Source: Macrostomum lignano
Taxonomy: Eukaryota
Length of the DNA stretch: 64,000 bases
Assembly (NCBI GenBank): GCA_002269645.1
Contig: NIVC01001325.1
Location: 62,001-126,000 of the forward strand
Reading direction: 5' to 3'
Of this stretch, positions 32,196 through 43,863 are shown piece after piece; positions within the stretch are counted from its first letter, which is position 1, and the number at the start of each line of letters is the position of its first letter. The notes below the pieces were generated by a model, which had not been told where the DNA came from, ran no database searches, and worked only from the letters and a program-made list of their open reading frames with translations. Both the position numbers and the translations under genes were made by a program.

Positions 32196-32829
32196 GGAGT
32201 GAATTGAGTATGATAATAAGGCTGTAAATAAATAAGGGGCAGTATCAAACAGGCGAGAGTGACTATTGATCTGCAAAAGCGCATAAGAGTACAGGTCTCC
32301 TAGAGCCCATCGCCTGACTGGGATGCTGAGAGTTGCAGTGCGGAAGCGGTGAAACTGGGCTGATGAAGGATACGCTGTGCTGTTTTCAGAAGATAAGATG
32401 CGCCAAAGTCTGATGATGAACTGCGAAATCGAAGCTGACAAGTTCAGCGAGACGACGAACTTTCTAAAATTAGTATCGAAGTTGATTCGCTTCTTAGGCA
32501 TAGCAGAAGGGTCGTGGAAATGCCAATCTAACTATACATTTGGTTCAGTATTCGTTACTTTTCTGCCCTGTTTGTTCATGCAGTGAAATGTAAAGAATAC
32601 GTGCCCTTTATCTGATTATGCAATTCTTGTTGTCAGGTGAAGCAGCTAATTAAATTTTGTGATAATTGCTGTTGGGTGGCACAAAAGTATTTAGAATTAA
32701 TGACACGGATTGTCTCACAAAGCAATTATAATTTTACGTTTAGATAATTGGACAAAAAACTGTAATTAATAAAATTGTGAATTTGATTTGCACCAGATAG
32801 AAAGTATAGTTTTTGTAGCCATACTACGT

Positions 32830-33136
32830 GACCGTAGTCCAGTGGTCTAGCGCGCTCTGGTGTGCCAGCGGCCCAGGCTCGATTCCAAGTGCAGTCGCAT
32901 TAATTTGGGGCTAAATTGGAATCTCGGCTTGGCTCTGCTCGTGCAATTAACGGCCTTGAGGGCCAACCCCCAAGGCCCAAAGAAGTGTACATGCCTAGCG
33001 ATAAATAAAGTTAGGGCCGCTGTACACTCCTGTGTGAGTGTGTGCCTGTGCGTATGACTGTACGTATCCGCACGCTTGTATGCCTGCTCGCGGGAGTCGA
33101 CTGAATGGGCAGTAATGCATCTCGCCAGTTGTGTGA
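32830..33136 (+). mobile_element. tRNA-derived SINE, copy 2
   Basis: gaccgTAGTCCAGTGG (A box) ... GGCTCGATTCC (B box); body homologous to 185-487. Confidence 0.7.
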
Positions 33137-33525
33137 CAACAACAGCAACAACAACAACAAAAAGTCGCGCAGCCCCGCATTCAAAGTCACAGTTAGAGCA
33201 GAGTGCGTCAGATGGCGCCGCAGAGCCTGAGAGCGGACGTAGTCCACCCCGTTGGCAGTGTCGGGCGCCCCGGCGTCGCATAGGAGGCAGTCCACGTATC
33301 GACGGGTTCGGGCTTGACCCCGCCTAAGCGGGTCCTGCAAGGTGAGTAGCAGGACGTCCTGAACAGATTGGGGGCAGTAGCCCTCGGCCCGGATCACGTG
33401 GCCCACCATGCAGTTGAAGTCGCCGCCGGCGCAGGATGGTGCACAGGTGCTGCAGCTTGGCCCGATCGTACAGGGCCCCGGTCCCGACGTTCTCGTCAGC
33501 CCGAAAGGCCGCATGAAAAGTCGCT
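33137..33525 (-). mobile_element. 5'-truncated non-LTR retrotransposon (RTE-like) 3' fragment with frameshift and (TTG)n tail
   Basis: Minus-strand translation ALYDRAKLQHLCTILRRRR/..GHVIRAEGYCPQSVQDVLLLTLQDPLRRGQARTRRYVDCLLCDAG matches the post-RT C-terminal pattern of RTE-type LINEs (LY...RRRRL..GH..R...RRG..R..Y.D.L..D), followed by a TTG/CTG-rich tail. The clade assignment is from motif memory. Confidence 0.65.
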
Positions 33526-35839
33526 TAAAATGCGCCAATATGCACACAGCTCCCGCTTGTAACTCCAATATACCAATATTGATGGGCTGCAGAAGGCAGA
33601 AACGAGCTATAACGCCGAGGCGCGTAGCGCCGAGGAGTGTTAGCTCGTTTCTGCCCGATGCGGCCCATCCATATTAGTGTTATAGTTAGCGGGCGTGAAA
33701 CCGCGTTTCACGGGCCGCTGAGACTGTCTATGGTAAAATCTCATCTACTCCAATGCATTCAGTCGGTTTCACGGCCCGCTGAAAATGTCTATGGCAAAGT
33801 CAGAAGAAAGCGGGGTCAAGGGGGCGCTGAGCCCCCTTACGGGGGTGTGGGGGCGGAGCCCTCACATTAGCACACCAGCACACAGACAAAGAAAGAAATA
33901 ATGAAATCAAAAAAATTGTCTATGGCCAAAACTCCTTATTTTGCGAATGGAAAAAATAGTAACTGATACTAAGAATTATTAAGCAGCACTAAGCTTTACT
34001 TTTTAAATATACAAGTTGTAGAAACATTAACCAGATACTTATGCATACGAGTTTTTTTACTTATTGAAGTTGGCCATAGATTATTGCAGCGGGCGGGATG
34101 CTGTGCGTTTCATCCCGTTTCGACACGCCTAGGCTAACTATAACTACGAGTAAAACTTGCTTTTGGCATGCTAAGTTAGATAACAAGCATCTAAAGTTGA
34201 AGTCCTATTAAAACAAAGACAGGCTGGGCCATAGACAACGCGCAAATTTATGACTATGCCTGCTTGCTGGTCCCTCAATCGGCCGTTTCTCAATCAGAGA
34301 TTATTGCATGACGTGTTTTCTCTGGCCCAAACCCAGCTTTAGCCTATAGCCACATGGGTTTTCAAATTTTAATGTCCGTTCCTAACTTAAGCATGCCAAA
34401 ACCGTAATGCGAACGAGCTATATTATTCCCCTGAAACGGTTAGAATGTCTATGCAGAATCTCTGAGGCGCATAGATCACATTCTAAGTTTCAGAGAAATA
34501 AGGAAATTGGGATTCATACTGAATAGGTCCTTAGTCTTCGATGACGATTTTGAAATTTCTACCTGCAGACAGGGCAGTACTTAAAAACCAATAATACTAC
34601 AAATATCGCAAAAAGAGTTTCAAATTTCAACCGAAATTACTGTTCAATTTTTGCTTATAAAAATTCGACATTATAAATTATTTGCATCATGCGGCAGCCC
34701 CGGTTGGAACTATAAATCAGTTCGATACGGAATAATATATCCGATTCCAAGGATTTATTGGCCACTTCGTGAAAATTGAAAGCATACGGCATGAAGTAAT
34801 AAATTTCGGAGTGTATGGCTTCAAGACGCGCTGTCTGCGGCAGGATCTTCTTCTTTTAGGATTCAGTCCTGCACTTGCTTATCGGCGCTGATTTTGGTAC
34901 TTCAGATTAACTTCATCCACAACCACTGCGCACGCCACAGCCTAATGGACACATGCAGTTCGCTTCGTTCTAAGAATTCCTACGAAGCCAGAGGAAGTGC
35001 AGTTATTGCACCGGCAATGCAATCGCAGATGCCATGGTAGCTCTGCGTGCATGCGCTGGCTGTTTACAGGAAACCATGCACGCAGGCCTGCATATGAAGC
35101 CAGCTGTGTGCACGCTAGACTCTGTATTATTCAACAACACCAAACCGGCCATTCGAGGTCTGCAACGTGACCAATTGATGGAATATATTCGCTTTTAATC
35201 CAAATCAAGCTAAGTGGTAAACGACGCAAAAAGCTTTCGTTCCGTTGGCGGTGCGTCAAAGGCCCCTCTTACCCCTCATACATTTCGGCATGTCAACCGC
35301 TTCGTAATTATTGCTAAATTTAATTCTTATGCAAGATGTAGACTTACTGTTGCTGCTGATATCAGTCAGGGGCCGAGTCGAGTGCCAAGCAGCTACATTG
35401 CATGTGTATGCATCAACAGAGGTACAGTACAGTATGCTGAAAGCACTTCTCAGTAGTAGCGCTGGCGCGGTGCTCACTATGGCTCTTGGTAAAGCCTCAA
35501 CAACAACAAAAACAGCAACAACAAAGAGGCATTATGTCATGAATAATAAAAAACTGACATTTTTATTCCTTTCTCTGGTATTGCTATTAGCCACTGGCTA
35601 CCATAGATGACCAAATGGACACATTATCTCGACACTTAAAGGCTTCTGGATAGAGAGTTTTTTGTAATGTAAATCGTCTATGGCGATTAACTCTTACCCG
35701 CATATAAGCTCGATCTTATACGAGTAGCTAGCTAGGATCGAAGTTAGAAGCTAGTCATTGTCGGCTGATTTTCCATGCAGGAAAGGCATTCTTGCACTCT
35801 ATTGCGTGCAGGAATGGATGTCTATGGTAAAATCTCACT

Positions 35840-37242
35840 GATAGTCAGTCATAAGTGTTTATAGAACACACTTGTTACTGAGTCCTAAGTAAGTCCTGAT
35901 AGTCAGTCATAAGTGTTTATAGAACACACTTGTTACTGAGTCCTAAGTAAGTCCTGATAGTCAGTCATAAGTGTTTACAGAACACACTTGTTACTGAGTC
36001 CTAAGTAAGTCCTGATAGTCAGTCATAAGTGTTTATAGAACACACTTGTTACTGAGTCCTAAGTAAGTCCTGATAGTCAGTCATAAGTGTTTATAGAACA
36101 CACTTGTTACTGAGTCCTAAGTAAGTCCTGATAGTCAGTCATAAGTGTTTATAGAACACACTTGTTACTGAGTCCTAAGTAAGTCCTGATAGTCAGTCAT
36201 AAGTGTTTACAGAACACACTTGTTACTGAGTCCTAAGTAAGTCCTGATAGTCAGTCATAAGTGTTTACAGAACACACTTGTTACTGAGTCCTAAGTAAGT
36301 CCTGATAGTCAGTCATAAGTGTTTATAGAACACACTTGTTACTGAGTCCTAAGTAAGTCCTGATAGTCAGTCATAAGTGTTTACAGAACACACTTGTTAC
36401 TGAGTCCTAAGTAAGTCCTGATAGTCAGTCATAAGTTTTTATAGAACACACTTGTTACTGAGTCCTAAGTAAGTCCTGATAGTCAGTCATAAGTGTTTAT
36501 AGAACACACTTGTTACTGAGTCCTAAGTAAGTCCTGATAGTCAGTCATAAGTGTTTATAGAACACACTTGTTACTGAGTCCTAAGTAAGTCCTGATAGTC
36601 AGTCATAAGTGTTTATAGAACACACTTGTTACTGAGTCCTAAGTAAGTCCTGATAGTCAGTCATAAGTGTTTACAGAACACACTTGTTACTGAGTCCTAA
36701 GTAAGTCCTGATAGTCAGTCATAAGTGTTTATAGAACACACTTGTTACTGAGTCCTAAGTAAGTCCTGATAGTCAGTCATAAGTGTTTACAGAACACACT
36801 TGTTACTGAGTCCTAAGTAAGTCCTGATAGTCAGTCATAAGTGTTTACAGAACACACTTGTTACTGAGTCCTAAGTAAGTCCTGATAGTCAGTCATAAGT
36901 GTTTATAGAACACACTTGTTACTGAGTCCTAAGTAAGTCCTGATAGTCAGTCATAAGTGTTTATAGAACACACTTGTTACTGAGTCCTAAGTAAGTCCTG
37001 ATAGTCAGTCATAAGTGTTTATAGAACACACTTGTTACTGAGTCCTAAGTAAGTCCTGATAGTCAGTCATAAGTGTTTACAGAACACACTTGTTACTGAG
37101 TCCTAAGTAAGTCCTGATAGTCAGTCATAAGTGTTTACAGAACACACTTGTTACTGAGTCCTAAGTAAGTCCTGATAGTCAGTCATAAGTGTTTACAGAA
37201 CACACTTGTTACTGAGTCCTAAGTAAGTCCTGATAGTCAGTC
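35840..37242. repeat. 58-bp tandem repeat, 24 full copies plus a partial
   Basis: Unit GATAGTCAGTCATAAGTGTTTA(T/C)AGAACACACTTGTTACTGAGTCCTAAGTAAGTCCT; period 58 from 35840 to 37232; no spacers. Confidence 0.98.
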
Positions 37243-40195
37243 TTAGGACAAAGTTTATGAGTACTGTTGGGTAACCAATCCCGGCAACGCGTCTTTGTTG
37301 CGGGGGAGGCAAATTCCCTTTTGCGCTCCGGGAATCGGGCACTCGTCCCTGTTACAGGGCGGTGTGTGTGGCTCAGTCTGGTCCTCGGGCTTCGGCTCAC
37401 CGCGCTGTCTCTGTTAGTGAGGGGGATCGATGCTTGGGTCGAATGGTTTGAGCCAACGCCGCAGTCAACAACAGCAAAAACAACAGCAACAACAACAGCA
37501 GCAGTTCATCAGCTGCTGGCTCCTCTCTCTGTGCCGCCGCCTCTCTAGTGAGTCTGTACTCATATCTGTAGTTATTTGCTTTGCTCATTTTGAAGTAGTT
37601 TCACAGTTTGATTACTTCCATATATTTAGCAAGAGACTCGAGTCTGCAAATACCCGCATGATGTTATGTATTGCTCATATATTCAATAGCAAGCTTATTA
37701 AAGGCAGGAATAAGCTTATTATTACAAAGCGGCTTATTTGACTGAAGCATAAAATCCTTTACTTTTTTCTTATTTCTCATTTCAATCCTAATGGCCTGCT
37801 AAGCCACTCCCTCAAGCAGTGAAGCATGGGGGTAAGCTGTGGAAGATGTGAACAGGCGTCATGATCGAGTGTGAGAGTTTGAGCAGAAGAGATCTGTTAG
37901 CATTGGAAGGTAGGAAGCATCGCAACACATGTAGAAAAATTCTCACACTGAGTATCGGGATCAATCATAGAGTTCACGTCCCTCATATTACTCTTATAGT
38001 AGTCTAGCATGCTATAGTCACCGCCACGAAAGATCCCGTGTGCTGAAAATTATTGTAAAAAGTCTTCTGCTTGGTATAGCAGAATTCTATCTCCGTGGAC
38101 CCTGCCTTGTTGCAGCTAGGAGTGGGAATTATAACGATGTGGCTGCTCATGGCCGGCGGTGGTGGTAGCCTCCGCGTGGTCCCTGGGCTGGGCCTATACA
38201 GCTAGCGGTCCAGAGACCAGAGCGAAGGCAGCCTAGCAGCCTTTTAGAGCCTTTAGCTAGGGTTAGGGTTCCGGTAGGGTTATGGTTTAGGGGGTTCAAG
38301 GTTGACGGGGATTTTTTAGATTTCAATAAGGCTTAAAGGCCCGTCTCAAGGCTTAAAGACTGATCTCAGGCATATCGCTGAGATGTCAGGGGGAGTTGAT
38401 ATGTTAAGACTTGTGGGGGGGATTGCTGAGATGTCAAGGCTTACAAGGAATTGCTGGGGTTATTGCAAAGAGACGCTACAAGTAGATAATTCAAAAACTA
38501 TTTTATTGGCTTGGCAACAGGGGTAAGTGCTGATTGCTAGTCTAACCTAAAAATTTCTAAGATTCGAACGAGTAATTCTTGACCAGGAGCCTGCAGCCTT
38601 TCTAAAGCAATCTCAAGACTTCGAGTCCTCATTGACGCATTTCATGTAAAAACTGAGCTAGGCGTTCATTATAGCAATTATAGACGCTACAGATCTACAA
38701 ATTTTTATGGTTTCAAATGACTTTCGTGACAACATCAACAAAATACGATGGCAGTTGGTTTATAAAAAACCATCAGCGTCACAGGGCGTGCCTCATGGGC
38801 CCGTTCTGCCGGCCGTGCACCGGCACGTATACGTGTATGCATCCGTACATTAATTCATTTATGCCCCGAGTGCCCGCGACACATAACAAAGTCGTAGTTA
38901 TTCAAAAAACAGATGTTAAAATGTATTAAGAATATTTAAGTCAGCTGATATGAGATGCAGAAACACAGAATAATTGAAACCAAAATGATTTTAGCTTAAG
39001 AAGTAATGGATATGAATTAGTGCCGTGAGCATATTAATAGCATAAATATATTAACAAAACCTTGTTCGATATCTACTTATATTGTTGAATATTGCTAAAA
39101 AAGTTTCGTTTAACATTTTTTAACCTAAGAAATTGATCTACTTAATTTCTTGTATCTCTAAACAAGATAGCTGCTGATTGGGATAAATTATTATATTTTC
39201 TAAGAACTGCAACTAAATTTTTGTTAAATTTTGTCTATTCCCCTATCGTCTGTGACTGTAGTAGTTACAGATAGACCTAACAGTATTGATCTAACCAATG
39301 AACCATACCAACCTACTGTTGTGGCATCATTAATTAGTAATAAGATTCCTGTATTGTTACTATTGGGTACATATTGATATTATTATTGCTACATATTATG
39401 CATATATGTCAAAATTTTATTCTTGTTATAAATTTTAATAGTACTAGTAGTCCTTTGGCTTTAATTACTTAGTTGCTCTGGCTAAAATATAAATTTTTGT
39501 GCAATGGAATATCTATCTAGTTATTATATAAAGATAGAGTTTAAATATATGAACCACTGATACAGAGGTGCAATTCTCAAATTCTAAATTCTAATTAGAA
39601 TTTATCAAATTCTATAGTCTTTTCAAATGGTGTTCATAAAAATCTTGCTAGGCTAATTCAAACAAATTTGTCACGAAACTAAAAGGGTAGGCTCTGCCTC
39701 TTGTTGCTTAGTTAGTTCCTCAGCCTTAGACTCAAGGAGAGTATAGCTATGGTTGTAGTTAATTATTACAACTTGGTCACTTCTTGAAATATTAAATAAT
39801 TAAAATGACTTGTAAGCTATAAGTCATTTTAATTAGCCCACTTAATAAGTCATTTTAATATTTCAAGAAGTGACCAATTTGTAATAATTAACTTTAATAA
39901 TGAATAATTAACAATTTATAATATAACACTTTGGTGATTAAAGGCAAAGCTTTTAATAAATTATTCATTGCTGCAAATTGTTTGTATTGTAATTAGAAAA
40001 TTTAAAAACTCATAACATGTGGTCTTGACAAAGTTATGTATATGCAATCTATTGATATACCATAGTTTGGATCATATATTAGTATACAGTATACACAAGG
40101 TTTAATACTGGAAAAAATGACAAGAACTCAATTTGTACACTAGGTTTGTGCACCAATACAAAAAATTATCATTTGACACTGTACTATATTATATA

Positions 40196-40888
40196 GGTCT
40201 GCGGTCATTTCGTCTGCCGCCTTTTCGTCTGCCAAAGAATTTTAGCAGACGAAACGACTTTTTTATTTGTTTATTTTGGTTCACTTATTTAGTATTTTTT
40301 ATGTAGGGAATTAAAATAAATTAGTATAAGCAAGTTTTAAGTATGTTTTCTTATTTATATTGATACATTTTGTTTTTCTTCATTTTCTACGACGCATCGA
40401 TGCGAAGTTATTTTCTGAGAAAGTGGTGTTATCGATAATTTTTTTACCATGGACGCATGCGTAACAAGGACCACTAGAAGTTACCGTTACAACGTAACTT
40501 CTAGTGGTACTTGATGCGTAATTTGTAAAAACATTTTACAATTTTACAATTTTACAATTTACAATTTACAAAATTTTACAATTTTAAAAAAATTGCAATT
40601 ATTTGTAAAAAGAAAGTTGGAAGGAAACTAAACGGTTGGAGATACTTGCTTCTGGCTTTGTGTATTTATATGCAGCATATTAGCTCCGGAACTTTCAGAA
40701 AAATCCTAGCATTATAATAAATTACAATTAATAAGACATTTACATTACACTTCCATGCGAAGCTTGATGACATAATTAGTTATTCCGATTTATATATTAT
40801 ATATATTGGCAGATGAAACGACTATATCGTATATTGGCAGACGAAAAGGCGGCAGACGAAAAGGCGGCAGACGAAATGACCGTCAACC
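40196..40888. mobile_element. MITE with GG...CC termini and 8-bp TSD (Merlin- or Mutator-like)
   Basis: GGTCTGCGGTCATTTCGTCTGCCGCCTTTTCGTCTGCC ... GGCAGACGAAAAGGCGGCAGACGAAATGACCGTCAACC; exact TSD ATTATATA at 40188-40195 and 40889-40896. Confidence 0.8.
40465..40513. mobile_element. 49-bp terminus-only element (CAAGGAC family) nested in the MITE
   Basis: CAAGGACCACTAGAAGTTAC-CGTTACAAC-GTAACTTCTAGTGGTACTTG; perfect 15-bp inverted arms; exact TSD ATGCGTAA at 40457-40464 and 40514-40521. Confidence 0.7.
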
Positions 40889-43863
40889 ATTATATATGCT
40901 GGGATATACCTTGATATATACTGAAAAATGATAAGACCCTTATTGTATACCAGGAAAATTGGGTATATATGTTGCCTTCCAAACTATGGTTGATATGCAA
41001 TCAATAGATTATTGGGGATAATGATGGTGTGCAGAACTCCAATTCCTAAAAAACTTTGAAATCCTGCCATAACAGAATGGTAGCTACTGTTAAAACAATT
41101 GAATTTATTAGCTGCCTGAATTTAGTTGAACTATTAAACAATTGAACAAAAACATGTCAAAATAAAATTAGTCTTTATAAAGTCTGTCACTTTTCTTTTA
41201 AACTTTTTTTTAAAACAACAAAACTTTTTACTAAGGCTTAGAACAAATCTTTTGTCAAAATGGTTAGCTTTAGACAAAATGGTTGTTGCAGAAATATTTT
41301 TTGCCATTATTGACTCTTGTCATAAATTCTTTTATCAAAGTGGGTTAAAACCTCTAGGCTTAACTTGGCTATACTATATGGTAGATAGCTACCCTATAGG
41401 GAAAAAGTTGTAGAATTGCGGATGGCATCCGGCGCACTTTTGAAATTTTTCTAAAGCACATTGTGCGTATAGGCGCACAGTGCGTGCGCGTGCGCTGCTT
41501 TTTCCTGCTGGCTGCTACTCTAGCAAATAAATATATATGGAAGAGAGTCTAATACCTTTGTGGAAGGGGCCTATACAATTGTAATTTCTTATATAATGCT
41601 TAGAGTTGCTTCAAAATTTCAATTTTGATTTTCCAAAATTTGGAATTTTTAAGAGTGAATTTTGATTTTGAAAATATTCAAAAGTCAAAATTTTGGAATT
41701 GTGTAAACGAGTGGCTAAAAATAAAGAAAATTGTGCTATATATACATGTATTTTGTTTTGCATAAGCAATAAATCAAGAGTAAAAAAGTGAGTTTTGGTC
41801 ATACTAAACTTTGTTTTTTCTGAATTTTGATTTAGGAAAATTTCAATTACAATTTTGGAAAATTTCAATTACAATTTTGGAAAGTTAGTGAATTTAGATT
41901 TTGATAATAGAATGATTTCTAATCTAATAATCCTAAAGTGTAGTAAAATAACTTGACTTTTTTCTAAAGTGCGCATCCACAAGTTTTCAACATTTATTCC
42001 AAAAGAGGATAGTATGTAGTACATTTTCCATTAAGTAGCACTTGGGACATAGGATTAGAGAACTGCACTTGGTATCATAAGCTATACTCAAGAAGGTGTT
42101 AGTCATAGAAAATAAGAAAATGTTTTGGTTAGGGATTGCAATCCTGATAATAACTAATAATATTTGTTAAATTTTTGTTATTATTTTTACAAAAGTGTTA
42201 TAATATGAACATAATTATGCCCACAACAAGTTTATTATACTATGCTAATTTCCATTAATTGCCTTGCATTGCGTGGTGCCTTTTTAAACCTTGCATTACA
42301 GATTTAAATGTAAAATTTATTCCTATGTAAATTTTGATATATAAATTAGCTTCTTTACTGCTAACTAGTACTTTTATGCTACTTACCTAATTGCGTCACA
42401 AGATCACAAGTTCATCTACAAAAAGATCATTGTCTCTATAACAATTAAAAATAAAGGCAAAAAAGGTTTTGCGCATATTTTGCCTAAAAATTTTAACCCA
42501 GAAGCTTAAAAAAATTAAATATTTTTTTTTCCCGGGATCACAAAAAATGGGAATTTGCAATCCCTAGTTTCAGTATATTTTAATCTAGAATATTGATGCA
42601 CTTAGCTAATTGGAATTGGAGTGATACCTGCAGTTTAGGCTATTGGTTTAATCTTACTTAAGTAGAACTTAGTAGATCTGAATTGATAGTTGCTGCCACC
42701 AGGCTTCCTGATTTCCCTAATCCTAGCAGTTAGTGATCAAAGGAGCAACACAGGAAAGCCAATCTTAACAAATTTATTACTCCAGAACAAAAGAAAATTA
42801 TTATGCATGCAATGGTTGGTGCAAATATTTAGTGGGCAATTACTACCCATTGTGCCCTATTAGTTGGCAATGACTACCTTCTAATAGTTTTAATTCCTTA
42901 AAACTTCCTTAAAACTTCTTTGCCTCTTATCTTCTTATTCTTGGTCTTGTTTGAAAGTTAAGACTAACTTCTAAGATGCCAGGACACTTTTCCCTGGGCC
43001 TCAACTGCTCGATACTTATAGAGAATCCCAAAATTAGCAATTTACCCCTGCTCTAATTATTTCCCCTAGCTAAAACTACTAATAGTAGTATAAAAGCATA
43101 TTTGAATTCACCCACTAAATTAATGCCCTATTACATAATTATAAATTTGCAGGCCTATACTAAGTAAACCGGCATTTCTTATTATTGGCAAATATATAAT
43201 TGCATTATAGCTAGAATATTATAATGTTAGCTCTATTGGCAACTTTAGCAAGTATAAAAATAGATTATTAAAATAAAAAATTTAATTTGTTTCAAAATAA
43301 AAAAAGCAAAAACTAGGCCTTACTTTTGTTTGAAGCCTTTATATACTACAATAAATATAAGAATAAAAAAGATAATATTAAAAAAACTTCTGCTTTTTTA
43401 TAAATAAAATCCTAATTTATTCAGCAATAAAATAAAAATTCTTTTTAAATAAAAGTTAAATAATATTGAACAAATGTTAATTTGTTCTTTTTGTATAGTA
43501 TGAGTCAGCAAAAATATTGTGCATGTTTAATTAGTTTTAATTAGATATAATGGATATGTTTCCTAATATTTACTATCAAGGATTTGAACATTTTGAATTT
43601 TGTTTAAAATGATTATATTTCCTATTTATTAGCTTAATATAATGTAGCTTAATATATATATATATATATAAATATTATATATATATAAATATTATTATAT
43701 ATATAATAAATATAATAAATAAATATAAATTCCCAAATATAATAATAAATAAAAATATAATAATATACAAGCTTATATATAAATATAGTGTTGAGAGTTT
43801 AATTTTCGAATTTATTAAGTATTTTATTTAAATAATACTTTGCATGCCAAGAAAAGCACAACC

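Noticed and set aside
32830-32905. Possible tRNA gene
   Set aside because: A and B boxes are present, but there is no proper cloverleaf and the sequence continues into a body shared with another copy, so it is a SINE head.
35840-37242. CRISPR-like array (palindromic repeat)
   Set aside because: Units are contiguous with no unique spacers, there are no cas genes, and the context is eukaryotic.
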